The notes below the pieces were generated by a model that was not told the DNA's origin, made no database searches, and saw nothing but the letters and a program-made list of their open reading frames with translations. The translations under genes were made by a program, and so were the position numbers. Of a stretch of 64,000 nt of DNA, positions 51,132-63,160 are shown piece after piece. The first letter of the stretch is position 1. Every line of letters begins with the position of its first letter. The DNA lies in assembly GCF_036321535.1 (NCBI RefSeq), contig NC_087436.1, forward strand, positions 53,880,001 to 53,944,000, read 5' to 3'. This stretch comes from Camelus dromedarius (Eukaryota).

Positions 51132-52299
51132 TTGCAAGCGTTTGTTTTTGAGACATGACAGAAAAATCTTACAGGTACACATGGAAAAGTATTACATTTT
51201 AAAAATTCATATTGTCTTTAAAATCCAGTGTATATTTTACACCTACTAGCACATCTCAGTTTGAACTAACCGTGTTTCAAATTCCTGCTAGCTGGGGGCT
51301 ACAGTATTAGGAAGTGCTGTTTTAGCTCATTCATGTAAAACCCAGTACTTAGCACAGTACTGAGTTCACACTTAGCATTTGACAAATTTTGGCAGAATTA
51401 ATATTCATTTGAAACATCAAAAGCTGGGTGGACAAACATTTGACTACGTGTTTGCATATATTGCCACATGGGAAGATGCCTCAGATCTGGTTTTGTTTCT
51501 GTTTTAAAGGAACAAAGAGCTGACTTTAATGTTCTCAATCGTTCCCCGTAAGGTTGCCTCTGGGTGTCAGAATGAGGTCAGTTTGAAGGTTTATGGTCGC
51601 CTTTTCTTCGGGAGGTGGAAAAGGGGAAACTCGGTGTGCTTTTAGTACTGCCTGCCTGTCTCATTTTTTGGCTCGTCTCTGTTTAATTATTTGGAGCTGG
51701 AACAACTTGATTTTAAAACAAAACATATGGGCTGAGAGAAATTGGGAGGACATTTGCTGGTGATGGAGCACCGAAGGTATGTGCGGGCTGAGGCCCCGCC
51801 TGGCACCATTTGCTTAGCTATTGACCAGATTCAGTGTCCTTTCTCCAAATTCTTAAACCATGTTTGGAAAGTCACAATTAAGGCAGGAAATATTGAAGAA
51901 GGATTATAAAGGAAATTGTGCATCTTCTTTTAAGTCCTGATTTTTTTTTTTCTTTGTCGAAAACTTGGTTTCCAATCTGTTTATGTGATTCAAAGTGCCA
52001 GGAAGAGAGAGGAGAACTTTATACCAAGAGGAGAAAGTTGACCCACCCTGAATTTCTGTGTTTTCTACTTTACTCCATCGCTGACACCAACACAGGGCAT
52101 GTCTGTCCTAGAACCAGTTCTTAATGTGAGGGCAAGGTTTTCATCTCTTTTTACCTCCTCAACTTCCCTTTGCTTCCTGGGGAGGGAATATATGATGTCC
52201 TCATCAGATCCCACATAATTCTAGCCTGAATGCCTCAACTTTCTGTCCTATGTGGGAAAATGGGGACTTATCTGGACTGATAAGAACATGTACGTTGAT

Positions 52300-52515
52300 T
52301 GCTGTTAGACTCCTCTTGGCTCAGATCTCTGCTTCTCCACTCAGAAGCTGTGTGCCTCTAAACAAATTAAACTCTCCTAGCCTCATTTTGCTTTCTTACA
52401 GTGGGGCTAATAATAGTGCCTATCTTAAAATAAGATTGTTGTGATGCTTAAGAGAGACACTGCATAGAAAGCACTAAGCATAGTGCTTGGCAAGTAATAA
52501 AGAGAAATAAATGTC
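52300..52515 (+). mobile_element. MIR SINE
   Basis: gctgtgtgcct…cctcattttgct…taatagtgcct…ttgtgatgcttaa…aaagcactaagcatagtgcttggca. Confidence 0.7.
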
Positions 52516-53669
52516 AGCGGTGAGGCCGGGGCCCTCAGCAGTACCACGTCCACCCTCTTCAGCATCAAGAAGGACAGCTGATCAGGATGTCCTCTGCCAC
52601 AACATCCCACCCACTGCTTGTGGTGACGCTGATTAAACACCACATCGGGGACATGACCGAACATTTGTCTGCAAAGAGCTTTAGCATCAGAAAGTCATTC
52701 ATTTCACTGTGCTGAGTTTGATTGTCAATGTGGATGAAGTCAAGGGCTCCATGATTTCTGGGTCTGATGGGCTCCTGTGTGCGTTCTTGTCCCTTGTTAC
52801 CCGGTTGTGGCTGGAACCTATGAATATGAGAGTGACACGCCGACTTGCTTCATTTTTGTACTACAGAGTCCCAAGGACCTTTGAGTCATTTGAGGGACTG
52901 ATCCATTTCTGGTTATGGATTGGAACTGTAAAGTGAAGTGGCATTCTGGCTAGGACGGCAGAGAGGTGGACCATACTGGTTTTTTGTTGGGATATTGAAA
53001 ACAAATTTTTTGAAACATTTTTCAAACCTCTGTGAGCCAGGTTAGGAAGAAGAGGGAGGGTCCTCCGTTTTTGCTAAATCAAGGGCACACTGAAGCTTCT
53101 TTGTGTAGGGGTTCAGTGTATTGAGGGCTGTCTCACAACAGTGTCAGATAATTGCCAGGGGATTTGGGAAGTTCTGCTTTTAAAGACACCACCACTTTTT
53201 CAGAGCAGTTGTGTGTTTTCAGACCCTGCCTTTCCCTCTGCTCCTGCTGTTTCCCAGCCCCTTTTCAGATTTATTAGCCGCTGCCTGCAAAGTGTCAGTA
53301 ACTCCCCACTGAGAATGGCGGAGACCTCGCCAGGTGGACGGTTCTCAGATTTCCCTGAAACTGAAAAGAGTAACCACCCTCACTCTCGTTTTCTCCACCC
53401 ACCCCCCTCCTGCGGACAGCTTCCCTGACACTTAACTTGATCAAGATGTTAGTGAAATAAACAGCGTGTGCTGCTGCCATCGGACTGAAGCTTCTCCTCA
53501 ACCTGCGACCCTCTTTTCAGTGTCTGGAGAGAAGGTTGAGAGTTGCTGTTGATGATAAAGATGAAGACAATGATGTGTCTTTCTTCGTGGCCAGTCACAC
53601 CCCGTCCTGACCACTGAACTCTTCGTGGGTGGACAACCGTGTGCAGTGTGTCACCAAACCTGTGATAAT

Positions 53670-53822
53670 CTCACTATTAAGACTCACTATTATTTTATGT
53701 ACAATCAAGGGGAAAAAAAGCAATTAAACTATGAGATACCATCGATTTTAAGACACATCCCAATTTCAGAGATGTTAAATCGTGGTAGAAAAATGTGTAT
53801 CTTAAAGCAGCTGGAATACAGT
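53670..53822 (-). mobile_element. MER104-like (TcMar-Tc2) fragment
   Basis: catcgattttaagacacatcccaatttcagagatgttaaa…aaaaatgtgtatctta…gaatacagt. Confidence 0.65.
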
Positions 53823-54109
53823 GAGAACTAATTAAAATGGACCCCCCCCCACCCTCTTACTGTCTTCTCCCCTCCTCCGCCCGAATACTCAGCGCAGCTG
53901 GTGGACGGCTGAGTCTTCATTTCAGTCTCTCATAAAAGTGTGTTATCTGTGTGCTCCGTGTTGTGCATGAAGTTAGGGTACTGAGTTGAGACTGGGCTGA
54001 GTCATGGAAGCCCTCTCAACTACAATATAAGTAATTTAAGTTTCTGAAAAACAGAAGAATCCAGGCATTTTCTTGGGGTCACCTTGGACTTGATAAGATT
54101 CCTGGTCCC

Positions 54110-54231
54110 TTTTGTTTGTTTTATTGGTGGAGGAGGTAATTTTTTTTTTTTTAACAGAGGTACTGGGGATTGAACCCAGGACCTCATGCATGCTAAGCAC
54201 ACACTCTACCACTGAGCTATACCTTCCCCCC
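54110..54231 (-). mobile_element. Vic-1-like SINE
   Basis: gaggtactggggattgaacccaggacctcatgcatgctaagcacacactctaccactgagctataccttccccc. Confidence 0.92.
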
Positions 54232-56664
54232 TGCCATAGTCTCTTTTGAAGAGTGATGAAGAGCTTGCTGAGGGACATCAGGGGCGTTTGCATGCTCTCC
54301 CAGACCCAACCCGTTCCTGATGGCGTGACTTTGAAGAGAAAATCACCAGCTCTTCTAAATTCACGCCCGCACTTACCCATTTTTAGTGAATGCCATGCTT
54401 GAATTTGTTGGATAGGGGACTCCCTGTTTCCTCTCCTTCCCAAAAAGGCAACATTAAACTTCACTGATGACTTTCATTTTACTCAAGATTCTATCTAATT
54501 CTTCTCCGTCATCTGAATGACTTCTAAGCAAGTGTCCCTAACCCTTCTTAATGACAATAATAACTTTAATCAAGGAGATGATGGTATTTCTTTCCCTGTT
54601 ACAGACAGTCTGATTTCAGAGAAAACTATTTCTCAGCCCGGTAAAGTAACAAAAGAATTGATTGAAAACTTTATTTGTGTTAGTAAAATCATGGCATTTA
54701 CCCTCCTACTTACCCCACTTTCTCCCTTTCTTTCAGTTTTTGGGAATCGCATTTCTTGGAATTGGACTGTGGGCGTGGAATGAAAAAGTAAGTTAAACAT
54801 CATTAAATGCTCACGTTTTGGTTGTTAGAAACTGCACAGTGTATGCTGTCTTCCTCTTCTTCTTTGACAACCACAAGTAAACGGAAACATGACCCTTTAA
54901 CAAAAAACTATTCTTGGAAGATAATGTAGTTCAGAGACTTAAATTGGTCACTGCTCCAAAATAATTACAGAAGTAACAAAACACATGCATACTAGAGAAT
55001 GAGTACTGGAATTTTCTCAGTTAGCTAGAGAGATGTGTTGCTTTGGAATGTTTCCTCATGCTGACACAAGAATTTCAGTAATCATTATAAATAACACTAA
55101 ACCACCTGTAACCTTTTTTTTTCCTCTTTTACTAAAAAAAAAACCTTTGGAAGATTACACAAGCTGTAAAGATGGTATTTTCGTGTGAGCATTATGTGCA
55201 AGGCTAACACGTTAGCATGTGAAGGAAGCTAGAGGTAATTCATGTTTGAATGTCACATAAACTTGTCACTAATGCTAAGAATGGAAACACGTGTCTGCTG
55301 ATTGAAAATGTTAAGGCATATTCAGTTTGTGATCGATTACAGTATAAGGGAAAATCTGGAAACGTGGAGAAGCATATTCTAGGCTGCAGTGAAGACAGTG
55401 CATTCTGGGTAGTTTATCCTGTAAGTAACACACTCATGACACCCCTGCCCCGTGTCCACCCCTCCGCATGTCTTGCCAGCCATTCCTTTAAACTTTCTCT
55501 CTGCAGCTTCTCCCTCTGAGGCCAAGCACTGGAATTCAAAATAAATCCTGACTCCTTTTTTTTTTTCCCCTTTTTTGGAAGTGAAACCGTTTGGCAGCAT
55601 TTTATCTATTCTGGTATTTGGCTACATTGTAAAGCTTTATTATCTCCCACCTGTGAGAGTGAGCGAGCGGCTAGATTGGTTAAAACTTGAAAACTAAGAG
55701 GTTAGCTTAGATTTTCCCAGAAGAACATTCTCTTATCGCTTTGGTATTTCACCCTCTGAGTTTGACCAAGGCCTGAAGTCAGGAGTTCCTTTGAAGTGTG
55801 TTAGGTAATAGGAAGGGAGAGAGAAGCTAAGAAAGTCCAGCAAACAAAAGACCCTCAGATGCAGGAAGGAATTTCCACATTTAGTAAAACAATGTTTAGA
55901 TAGACTGCATCAAAGAAAATGCAAAGTAAATCCAGAGTTTTGAAACTGAACCACCCTCTGTGTGTTTACAAAATACTTCCACAGAATGTGAAATGTTTTA
56001 TGGAAAATGGACCACCTTCCAGCAACCTTATGAGGCAGGGCAGTGATTGTACAGGAAGGGAGACAAATTAAGTTCCCCAAACACAGATAATTTTATCTCT
56101 AGAAACTTTTATGTTGAAGACTGGTCTTCTTTTGGATTATGATGGGCTTCTGCCTCAATTCCTTTGTAAGCTTGGAGATTTGTATTGGTGGAATCTCAGA
56201 AATTCCACTTTTAGAAGCCTTCTCTTTGGTTCGATGCCAGATAATACAGCTTTTTATAACTCTCCTTTAATCAGAGTCCATTTCTATCTGCTTTGAAACG
56301 ACGCTGGAAGGCATTATATGAACTAATTGTCTGTTCTAGCAATAAATAGACAATTTGTTGTTTTGAAGGATTTTTTTCTCTTTGTGGAATATAATTATCC
56401 TTTTGTTTCATCAGTTACCCCAGATGTCTCTTCTTTGATAAAAATGGCAGTGTCATAGAAATAGCAGAGCAAGGGGATGACGTGGTCTTTAGGGAGGGAT
56501 GAACAGCAGTTCCCCCTTTCATCAGGGCCACCATCAGTACAGGGTAGTTTCTCTGCAGACTTGAAGTTACGCGGCCAAGGTTACCCAGCTTCTGTGTAGC
56601 AGAGCTCTGTGAGCTGGGACCAAGCAGAGGTGGTAGCTGGTAAAGGACACACAGCAACCCAGTT

Positions 56665-57250
56665 TGGTGCGCACTGGCCACGTGCCTGGGACCTGGCATG
56701 GGGATGAGGATGCAGCAGTGAACGATGCAGGGTCCTGCCCCGTGGAGCTTACGTTCTAGTTGGGGTGTAGGTGCACTGGCTGTAAGCAGTTAACTAGCCA
56801 AGAGTACACATGCAGGTATGGGTGAGTGCTCCTGAGAAACGTAAGGTGTAGGGTGAGGCTAGTTACACAGCGAGGGGGCAGGGGTCTCGTTTAGATAGAG
56901 TAGTTGGAAGAGGCTCCCAGAGGAGGTTGCACTGGAGCAGAGACTTGGATAAAGTAAAGGGGGGGGGGGTGGCCTGCAGAGTCCTGAGGGAATAGCGTTC
57001 CAGGCAGAGGGAATAGCAGGTATGATGGCCCTGAGTTGGGGACTTCATGATTCCAAGGAACAGGAAGACTGGCTGGTGGGCCTGGAAGGGTGAGAGCCAG
57101 AGCAAGAAGAAGTAGGGGTGTGGCGGGAGAGGCAGGTAGAGCCCAGAGTAGGCAGAGTCCTGCAGGAATTGGATGGGAGGAAGTCACCAGGGCACTTTGA
57201 TAAGGGAGTGTCCTGATCTGGCTTTTGTTTGAAATTGCTCTGGTTGTTGT
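56665..57250 (-). mobile_element. L2 LINE fragment
   Basis: ggatgcagcagtgaac…gtcctgccccgtggagcttacgttctagt…gcgttccaggcagagggaatagca…tgatctg. Confidence 0.8.
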
Positions 57251-57259
57251 GAGGAAAAA

Positions 57260-57470
57260 AAGCACAGTTCTGGGGCTGAACAAACTGGAGTTCAAATACT
57301 GACTCCTCCATTGACCATCATGTAAAAGTGTGACTGGGCAACCTCATTAACTTCTCCGAGATACCCTTTCCTCGTTTATGCAAGGGACAGTAATGTCACC
57401 TCATAGGATTGCTGTGAGGATGGAATGAGATGGCTCCTAACACAGTGCCTGGTATAAGGTAAATGCTCTC
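57260..57470 (+). mobile_element. MIR SINE
   Basis: gttcaaatactgactc…tgggcaacctcattaac…cctcataggattgctgtgaggat…acagtgcctggtataaggtaaatgctc. Confidence 0.75.
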
Positions 57471-58784
57471 TAGAGACCGGGTTTTGTCCTCTGGATGCTT
57501 TACCATAGTATGTCCACTCCTAGGTGGGGACACGAGCAGAATGGTGGCTTTGAAAGCTGCCTCAGAGTTTAGGAGAGTTCTGGGCTCTGATCCATGAACC
57601 GAGAACTGGCTTTGTTTTGGGTTCTCTTAAGGAGCATGGGATGTGCATTGATTGACTTGGTAACTGCAGAGGCTGCTCTGTTGAAGTCCTTTGGGTTAAC
57701 TTCTAAGCTAGACCAGGCCTCTGATGGGATAACGTTCTGAGGTGAACCACGGCCGATCAAGTGTGGCAGGCAGTATGCACCTGCAGGGCCAAACCAGCCC
57801 AAGAAACAGTAAATCCCCCCAATGGAGATGTGGTGACATTTAATTGAAAAGAGGCCTAGAGGGTAAATCCCCAAACTGGGTCACAGCTGGAAGATCAGAT
57901 TTCTTTCATAGACGGGGCTTTGCACATTTTTATGTGGACAACAGAAACATTGGAGGCAAAAATTATTACCGCTCATACTTAATACCAGGCTGAGCTTTAA
58001 ACCTAGGACTAATATTACAGTTGAATATTAGATATAATAATTAAATAATTCATTTTATCTAAATTTCAAATTGTCAAGATGCAAAGGATGAGTGTGTCTC
58101 CAGGGGATGGTGTGCAATTTTTCAGAAATCATAGAATCTGCTGTTTTAGAAGGAACATTAATAATTACATACCATGAATTACCTCTACAACAGGCTTGGC
58201 AATGTCCATCCATAATCAACTCATTCATTCAAAGAACACTTACTGGGTGTACAGAATGGGGCAGGGCTTGTGCCGAACTCTGGACATGTAATTCCTCAGG
58301 GAATTTATGTTCTAGGAAGGACATGCCTATATATAAAATATATGCATACATACATAAAATAATACATTGCAATCAATGCTAATTTGAAGTGTATGTAAGT
58401 AACAATTCCCATAGCAAAGTACTCATCACTTCTCTCCAGTTTTCTCTGTTAGAAAGACCTTCCTCCCACCAAATTAGAATCCTGTCCTACTAGTTTTCAT
58501 TCATTGAATGTGGGTCTACCCTGTTGGATCCCACAGTAAGTCCTCCATATCAGCCCTTTGGGGTATCCAGGGTGTAGTTCCTTCTGAGTTTCTAGAGTAA
58601 ACACCCGCTTCTCTCTGGGTGGAGTCCCTACACCATCTTAGTCTTGCTCCTTTGACCTCCCTCTAGGGTGTCCTCTGCATCAGGGAGAGAGTGCTTTAGG
58701 GGCTGTAGAGGGTATGGCTGGATCATGTGCCTTCGCTCCTGTCTGCTCTCCATGCAGCAGCTTGAGATCGTGCAGTTGATCACT

Positions 58785-59035
58785 GAGAGTCCCAAGTGGA
58801 TGCCCCAGTGCCACCTGGGAAATTCTGATTCAGAAGGTCTAGGGTGGACACTGGGAGGCTCCACCCACCACCACTGGAGAGGGGAGGTAATTAGGTTTAT
58901 TTATTTATTTAAATGGAGGTACTGGGGATTGAACCCATGACCTCATGCATGCTAGGCATGCACTCTACCACTGAGCTATACCCTCCCCTCTGGGAGGCTC
59001 TGTTTTAACACACCTCCTATATTGTTCTGATTAAA
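58785..59035. mobile_element. MER5-like MITE interrupted by Vic-1
   Basis: aattctgattcagaaggtctagggtgg…tgttttaacacacctcc…ttctgat. Confidence 0.6.
58862..58989 (-). mobile_element. Vic-1-like SINE with 11-bp TSD
   Basis: ggggaggtaattaggtttatttattt…ggaggtactggggattgaacc…actgagctataccctcccc; TSD ctgggaggctc at 58851-58861 and 58990-59000. Confidence 0.92.
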
Positions 59036-59059
59036 GTCAAGTGTAGTTATTACTGATAG

Positions 59060-59232
59060 AAGCCACTGATATGTTGAGCAGGCCAGGGACAGAACCCAAT
59101 GACATGTCACTAGAAATTTCCATTGGGGTTGACACTCATTCACTTACATGTGCCCTTGGGTGTCATCATTCAAAGAGTTTCTAATCCATCTTCTTGTCAT
59201 TACATCAGATTGTCTTTCTGCATCTTGTCTTT
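59060..59232 (-). mobile_element. L3/CR1 LINE reverse-transcriptase-region remnant
   Basis: ggacagaaccc…cactagaaa…ggttgaca…cttggg…aatccatct…tttctgcatcttgtc follows the antisense L3 consensus as I recall it. Confidence 0.55.
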
Positions 59233-59384
59233 GTCTCTGTTAACCAGCAGAAGACTTACTTGACCCTGGCCCTTGTTGAATCCATACTGGGTCCTGGAGC
59301 ACAGCATTTTCTCATCCAGGTACCCAGAAACCTTTATCAGTAAAGCAAGGACTAAGGCATGGTTTATCATTCCTCCCTTCAGGG

Positions 59385-60515
59385 GACACATTCCTCACTT
59401 GGCTTCCAAGATATCACACACTTCTGGTCTCCTACCTCATAAGCAGTGTCTTCTCACACTCCTTTGCAGGGTCCAGCTTGCCTCTTGGACCTCTGAATTT
59501 TGGAGTGCTCCAGGCTTGGTCCTGAGACACCTCCTCTGTCTTCACTCATGCTCCAGGAGCTTTCATCCAGGCTTGGGGCTTTAGTCACCATCCATCACTT
59601 ATGACTTCCAAATTTAGGTCTTTGGTCTCGACCTCATTTGATCCTCAAACTTGTCATAGCTAGAAGCCTACCCAGCATCTCTGCTTAAATGCCCCTCGGG
59701 CTTTTAACGATCCAGAACAACACTCCTGATTTCTCCCCTCAGACGTGTTCTTCCCAGTTGCAGGAAATGGCATGTCTGTGCTATCAGCAAATACTGTCAG
59801 CTCTGCCTTGAAATTACATTGAGAATCTGATTTTTTCTCACCACTCCACTGCTATACCCCGATCTAAGCTGCCACTTCTTGCCTGCATTAGTGGCCGAAG
59901 CCTCGTTTGTTTCCCTGCCTCTGCTCTTATGCCCTGACTCCCACCACAGGCCACCTCCCCATAGCAGCCAGAGTGATTCTTTTAAATGTGGGAGAGATCC
60001 TGTCACTTCTCTACTCAAACCCTCCAATGAACTGTCTCACTCAAAGCTGTATATGGTGCCCCATTACTTCTGAGACCTTTTTCCAACACTGTCCCCTCCC
60101 CCGATGTACTCTAGCCCCCATTAAGCAGCTTGGTGTTCCTCCAACATCTAGATGTACCCCCGACCCCAGGGCCTTTGCACTGCTCTTCCTCTGCCTGGCA
60201 TTCTCTCCCCCATAGGTCCACAGTGGCGCTTTCCTTTACTTCTTGGTCTTTGCTCTAACGTCACCTTTATTTGTAGGCCTTCCTGGCCTGTTTAAAGCCA
60301 CTCTCACACCACTCTCAGCACTTTCTTCCTCCTTTCCTGTGTTTTTCCCCTCTGTGTTTTCATAGGACTTATTACTTCTTTGCTAACGCGGACTTTTAAA
60401 AACAAATATAAATAGGGACCTTTTTTTTTTTTTTAACTGCTACACTCTGGTACTTAGAACATTTACTGGCATATAGTAGATGATCAAGAAATAATGAGGA
60501 TGAAAGAATGAATGA
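59385..60515 (+). mobile_element. L2 LINE, ~1.1 kb including a degraded RT region and 3' end
   Basis: cttggcttccaagat…ttggagtgctccaggcttggtcct (GVPQG region)…atgacttccaaattt (YADD region)…cagccagagtgatt…agggcctttgcactgctcttcctctgcctgg…gaatgaatga. Confidence 0.85.
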
Positions 60516-62934
60516 GCAAAGGTAAGATGAAAGCATTTTTTAAAACCCTGGCTGTATCATTCAGTATAGAAGTCATTAGTCACCTCAGATGTCAAGTAAG
60601 CATACTGTATTAACAGTTCTTACAGTCTAAAAGGAAGTAAAATTACATGTGGTTTCTGATGTCTGATATGATAACGGTACAGTGTTAGAAACAGCACATT
60701 TCTAACATCCATTAATTCTGGATATCAGGGGAAAAAACACTTATTTTTGGGATAAAAGTGGAACTCTATATATGATTGTCTTGATTCATGGAAAAATTAG
60801 GGGTATCTTTCCTTTTCTGTTTTGCCCAAGGTTTATGCTTATTACTCAGTTCTTAGGCGGGGCAAGGGGCAGAGTGATATGGCACTACCTACCGCAAGTG
60901 AGGGTGCCGCGGCAGAGCTGGTGGAGGGCGGGGGGACAGCTCTTCCCTGGTCCTCAGTGTGAGTTCCTGGTTCCCGTTGCTCCTGCTGCCACCTCTAACA
61001 CAGCTCCAGCCCCGGCCCCCCTGGGCGGAGGGTGAAGTGGGCCTGGCTTGTCTGACCGAAAACTCCTTGAGGGCAGGAGCCTGTCTTCGTCACCCCTTGA
61101 TGCTCAGTTCTGGCACTTCACCTCCTGTGCCGTGGATGCCCTGGTGTTTGTGACTGAATGAATGGGAACACGCAGGAGAGCTTTATACATCATAAAAGAC
61201 TCCACGGGGCCTCCATCCCCAAGCGCCCTCCCTGGTTCCCCATCGCGCTCACCCAGCCGGGCTCTATCGGGAGCAGCCAGAAGGGAAGGGCTGGGGCACC
61301 GCCCTGACCCCAGGAGTCGCAGTGGGAATGAGAAGAGCTCCAGCGCGTGTTGCTCTTCTCCCTGGCTTTCCTGGGGACAAGCATGATTCCTCCCTGGAGG
61401 CTTTCCCTCCGGCCACTCTCTGTAGTTATCAGTCTCCCTTCAGAACTCTCCAGTGGCTTCCTGTCATGATCATAGCGTAGACGCACCGTGGAAACACTTT
61501 CCGTATTTTCCCAGGAAGGAAAAGTAAGGCAAGGAGAATCAGTGATTCAGGCATTTGGAGCAGGGGTGGTCAAGTTTCTGGAGCCAGGGGGCCAGGGTAG
61601 GTGGCAGTGCTTACCCAGACAACTCAAACAGAAAACATATGCCTCGGCTGAGAGGCTACTTTAAGACATTTCTGAGATGCTGAAGATACTTTTGAAGGTT
61701 TCCTTTTATTGACTGAAATGTAGTAAGCTTGCATCTCTCTTTTTCAATTGTCCATGTCATCTCCTCATGCTCTCTGTTGCAGCTAAAAATTTTATCGAAG
61801 TACTGGAAAGCGTACAGTCTGACGTGCTGTGATCAGTATATTCAGCAGACATGGGAAATAAGTTGACAAAAAAATCAACAACTTTTTTTTCTCTTTTTGA
61901 GTGTCCCTGTAAACTTTTTTCAGAGGAGTTTCTCTGGAATGAAAATTCAGGTGGGTCAAAAATGCAGTGCCTTTGTTGTTCACCCTCAGGTGCCAAAGTC
62001 CTGCCTTCATTTTGAGGGACAAGGCCAGGCCCAGTTATTAGCCAGGGCTCGACAATGATCGCAGCCCCAAACCTCACTTTGCGTTAAAATACTCCCCTTT
62101 GCCCAGCTCTGTCAGCCTTGGGCCCCTGAAGGGAGGAAGGGGGTGAGGCCTTCGCCCCGTGCTTCCTCCTGTCACCATGTCCCCGCCCCCCAGAGCTTCC
62201 TCTGCCCACTTCCTGCCAGTGAGGGGTGGGGGTGAGGCTTTCCCCTCCAGGCCTGGCAGATGGTAAAGGGGTGATGTCTTGGCCTTTCTGAAGCTTCCCT
62301 GTGAGTCCCTTCAACTTGATGGGCATCACCATTCTGGGTGGCTGCCTGGTAGCCGTGCCCAGACCTGCCGTCTCCCTCAGCCAGTGCTCCTCCGATCTCT
62401 GCCTTCTGAGGTCTCTTCTTCTCACCCCAAACTGCCTGTCTGGTGCTGCCCTCATGTTTTCTCCTGGGCACACTCATCTGGGGGTGAGGCCAGTCCCGCC
62501 AGAACAGCCCTCGTCTGCCCTGGCTCCCTCCTCGATCCCTAAGGCAGGGGTCAGACCTCAAGCCCACAGCCTCCTTCCTGACAGACGCAGGCCCTAATCG
62601 CGATGTCTCAGAGCTTCCTCAGTGGTCCTCCTGAAATTCTACAGTGGGTTTTGGATAAAAAGAAATCGGCTCACTCCCCGGGGAGTGGAGTCACACAGCG
62701 CAGCAACTGCTTTCCCCAGAGGAATCTGCTCCCTCACCGAGTCCTCCCTTCAGCCACTTTTTATCCCCCTGATTTCGCTGGGGTCTGCAAGAGAGGGAAG
62801 TTTTGTCTGTGGGGGCCGTGGGGAGAGGTCTTGTCTCCTACTCGCTTTGGTTTTCAGATCGTGATCAGTGCGGTCTGAGGTAAGACTATCGCTCTGACAT
62901 CACTTTTCATACTTAACATTTTAGGACAAGTGCA

Positions 62935-63160
62935 TGATGTTGCGTTGGAAGTCAGAATCCTCTTGCCCACTGCTGCCTGCTCTGGGGTCACGTGGCTGGG
63001 CTCAGATCCCTGCTCTGCCACGTTCTCACCAGGATCACCTAGCAAGTTACTCCATCTCTGGGTGTGCGTCTTGCCCTGGGTAGCAGTCCAACCTGGAAGT
63101 TTTACTTGGGGGGAAATAATCCAGGTCTCCCGGTGCTGGCATAGGGTCAGTGTTCAGTTG
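62935..63160 (+). mobile_element. Degraded MIR SINE
   Basis: ctgggctcagatccctgctctgccac…gcaagttactccatctctg…tgctggcatagg. Confidence 0.55.

Larger units (their letters stand above)
50605..51319 (+). mobile_element. MER33 (hAT-Charlie) carrying nested L1 and Vic-1 insertions
   Basis: cagcgttgtcc…tattatcatttcaacat…ttaatgagatcttttacatt…aaatccagtgtatattttacacc…gcacatctcagtttgaacta…ggctacagtatt. Confidence 0.85.

Noticed and set aside
54148..54231. tRNA-Ala-like sequences as real tRNA genes (also 26581, 27300, 51060, 58915)
   Set aside because: They have SINE bodies or A-rich tails, TSDs and stem-disrupting substitutions, so they are SINE heads.
54250..54325. GTGATGA…CTGA at snoRNA-like spacing
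   Set aside because: There is no terminal stem and no recognisable rRNA-complementary guide; chance occurrence is likely.
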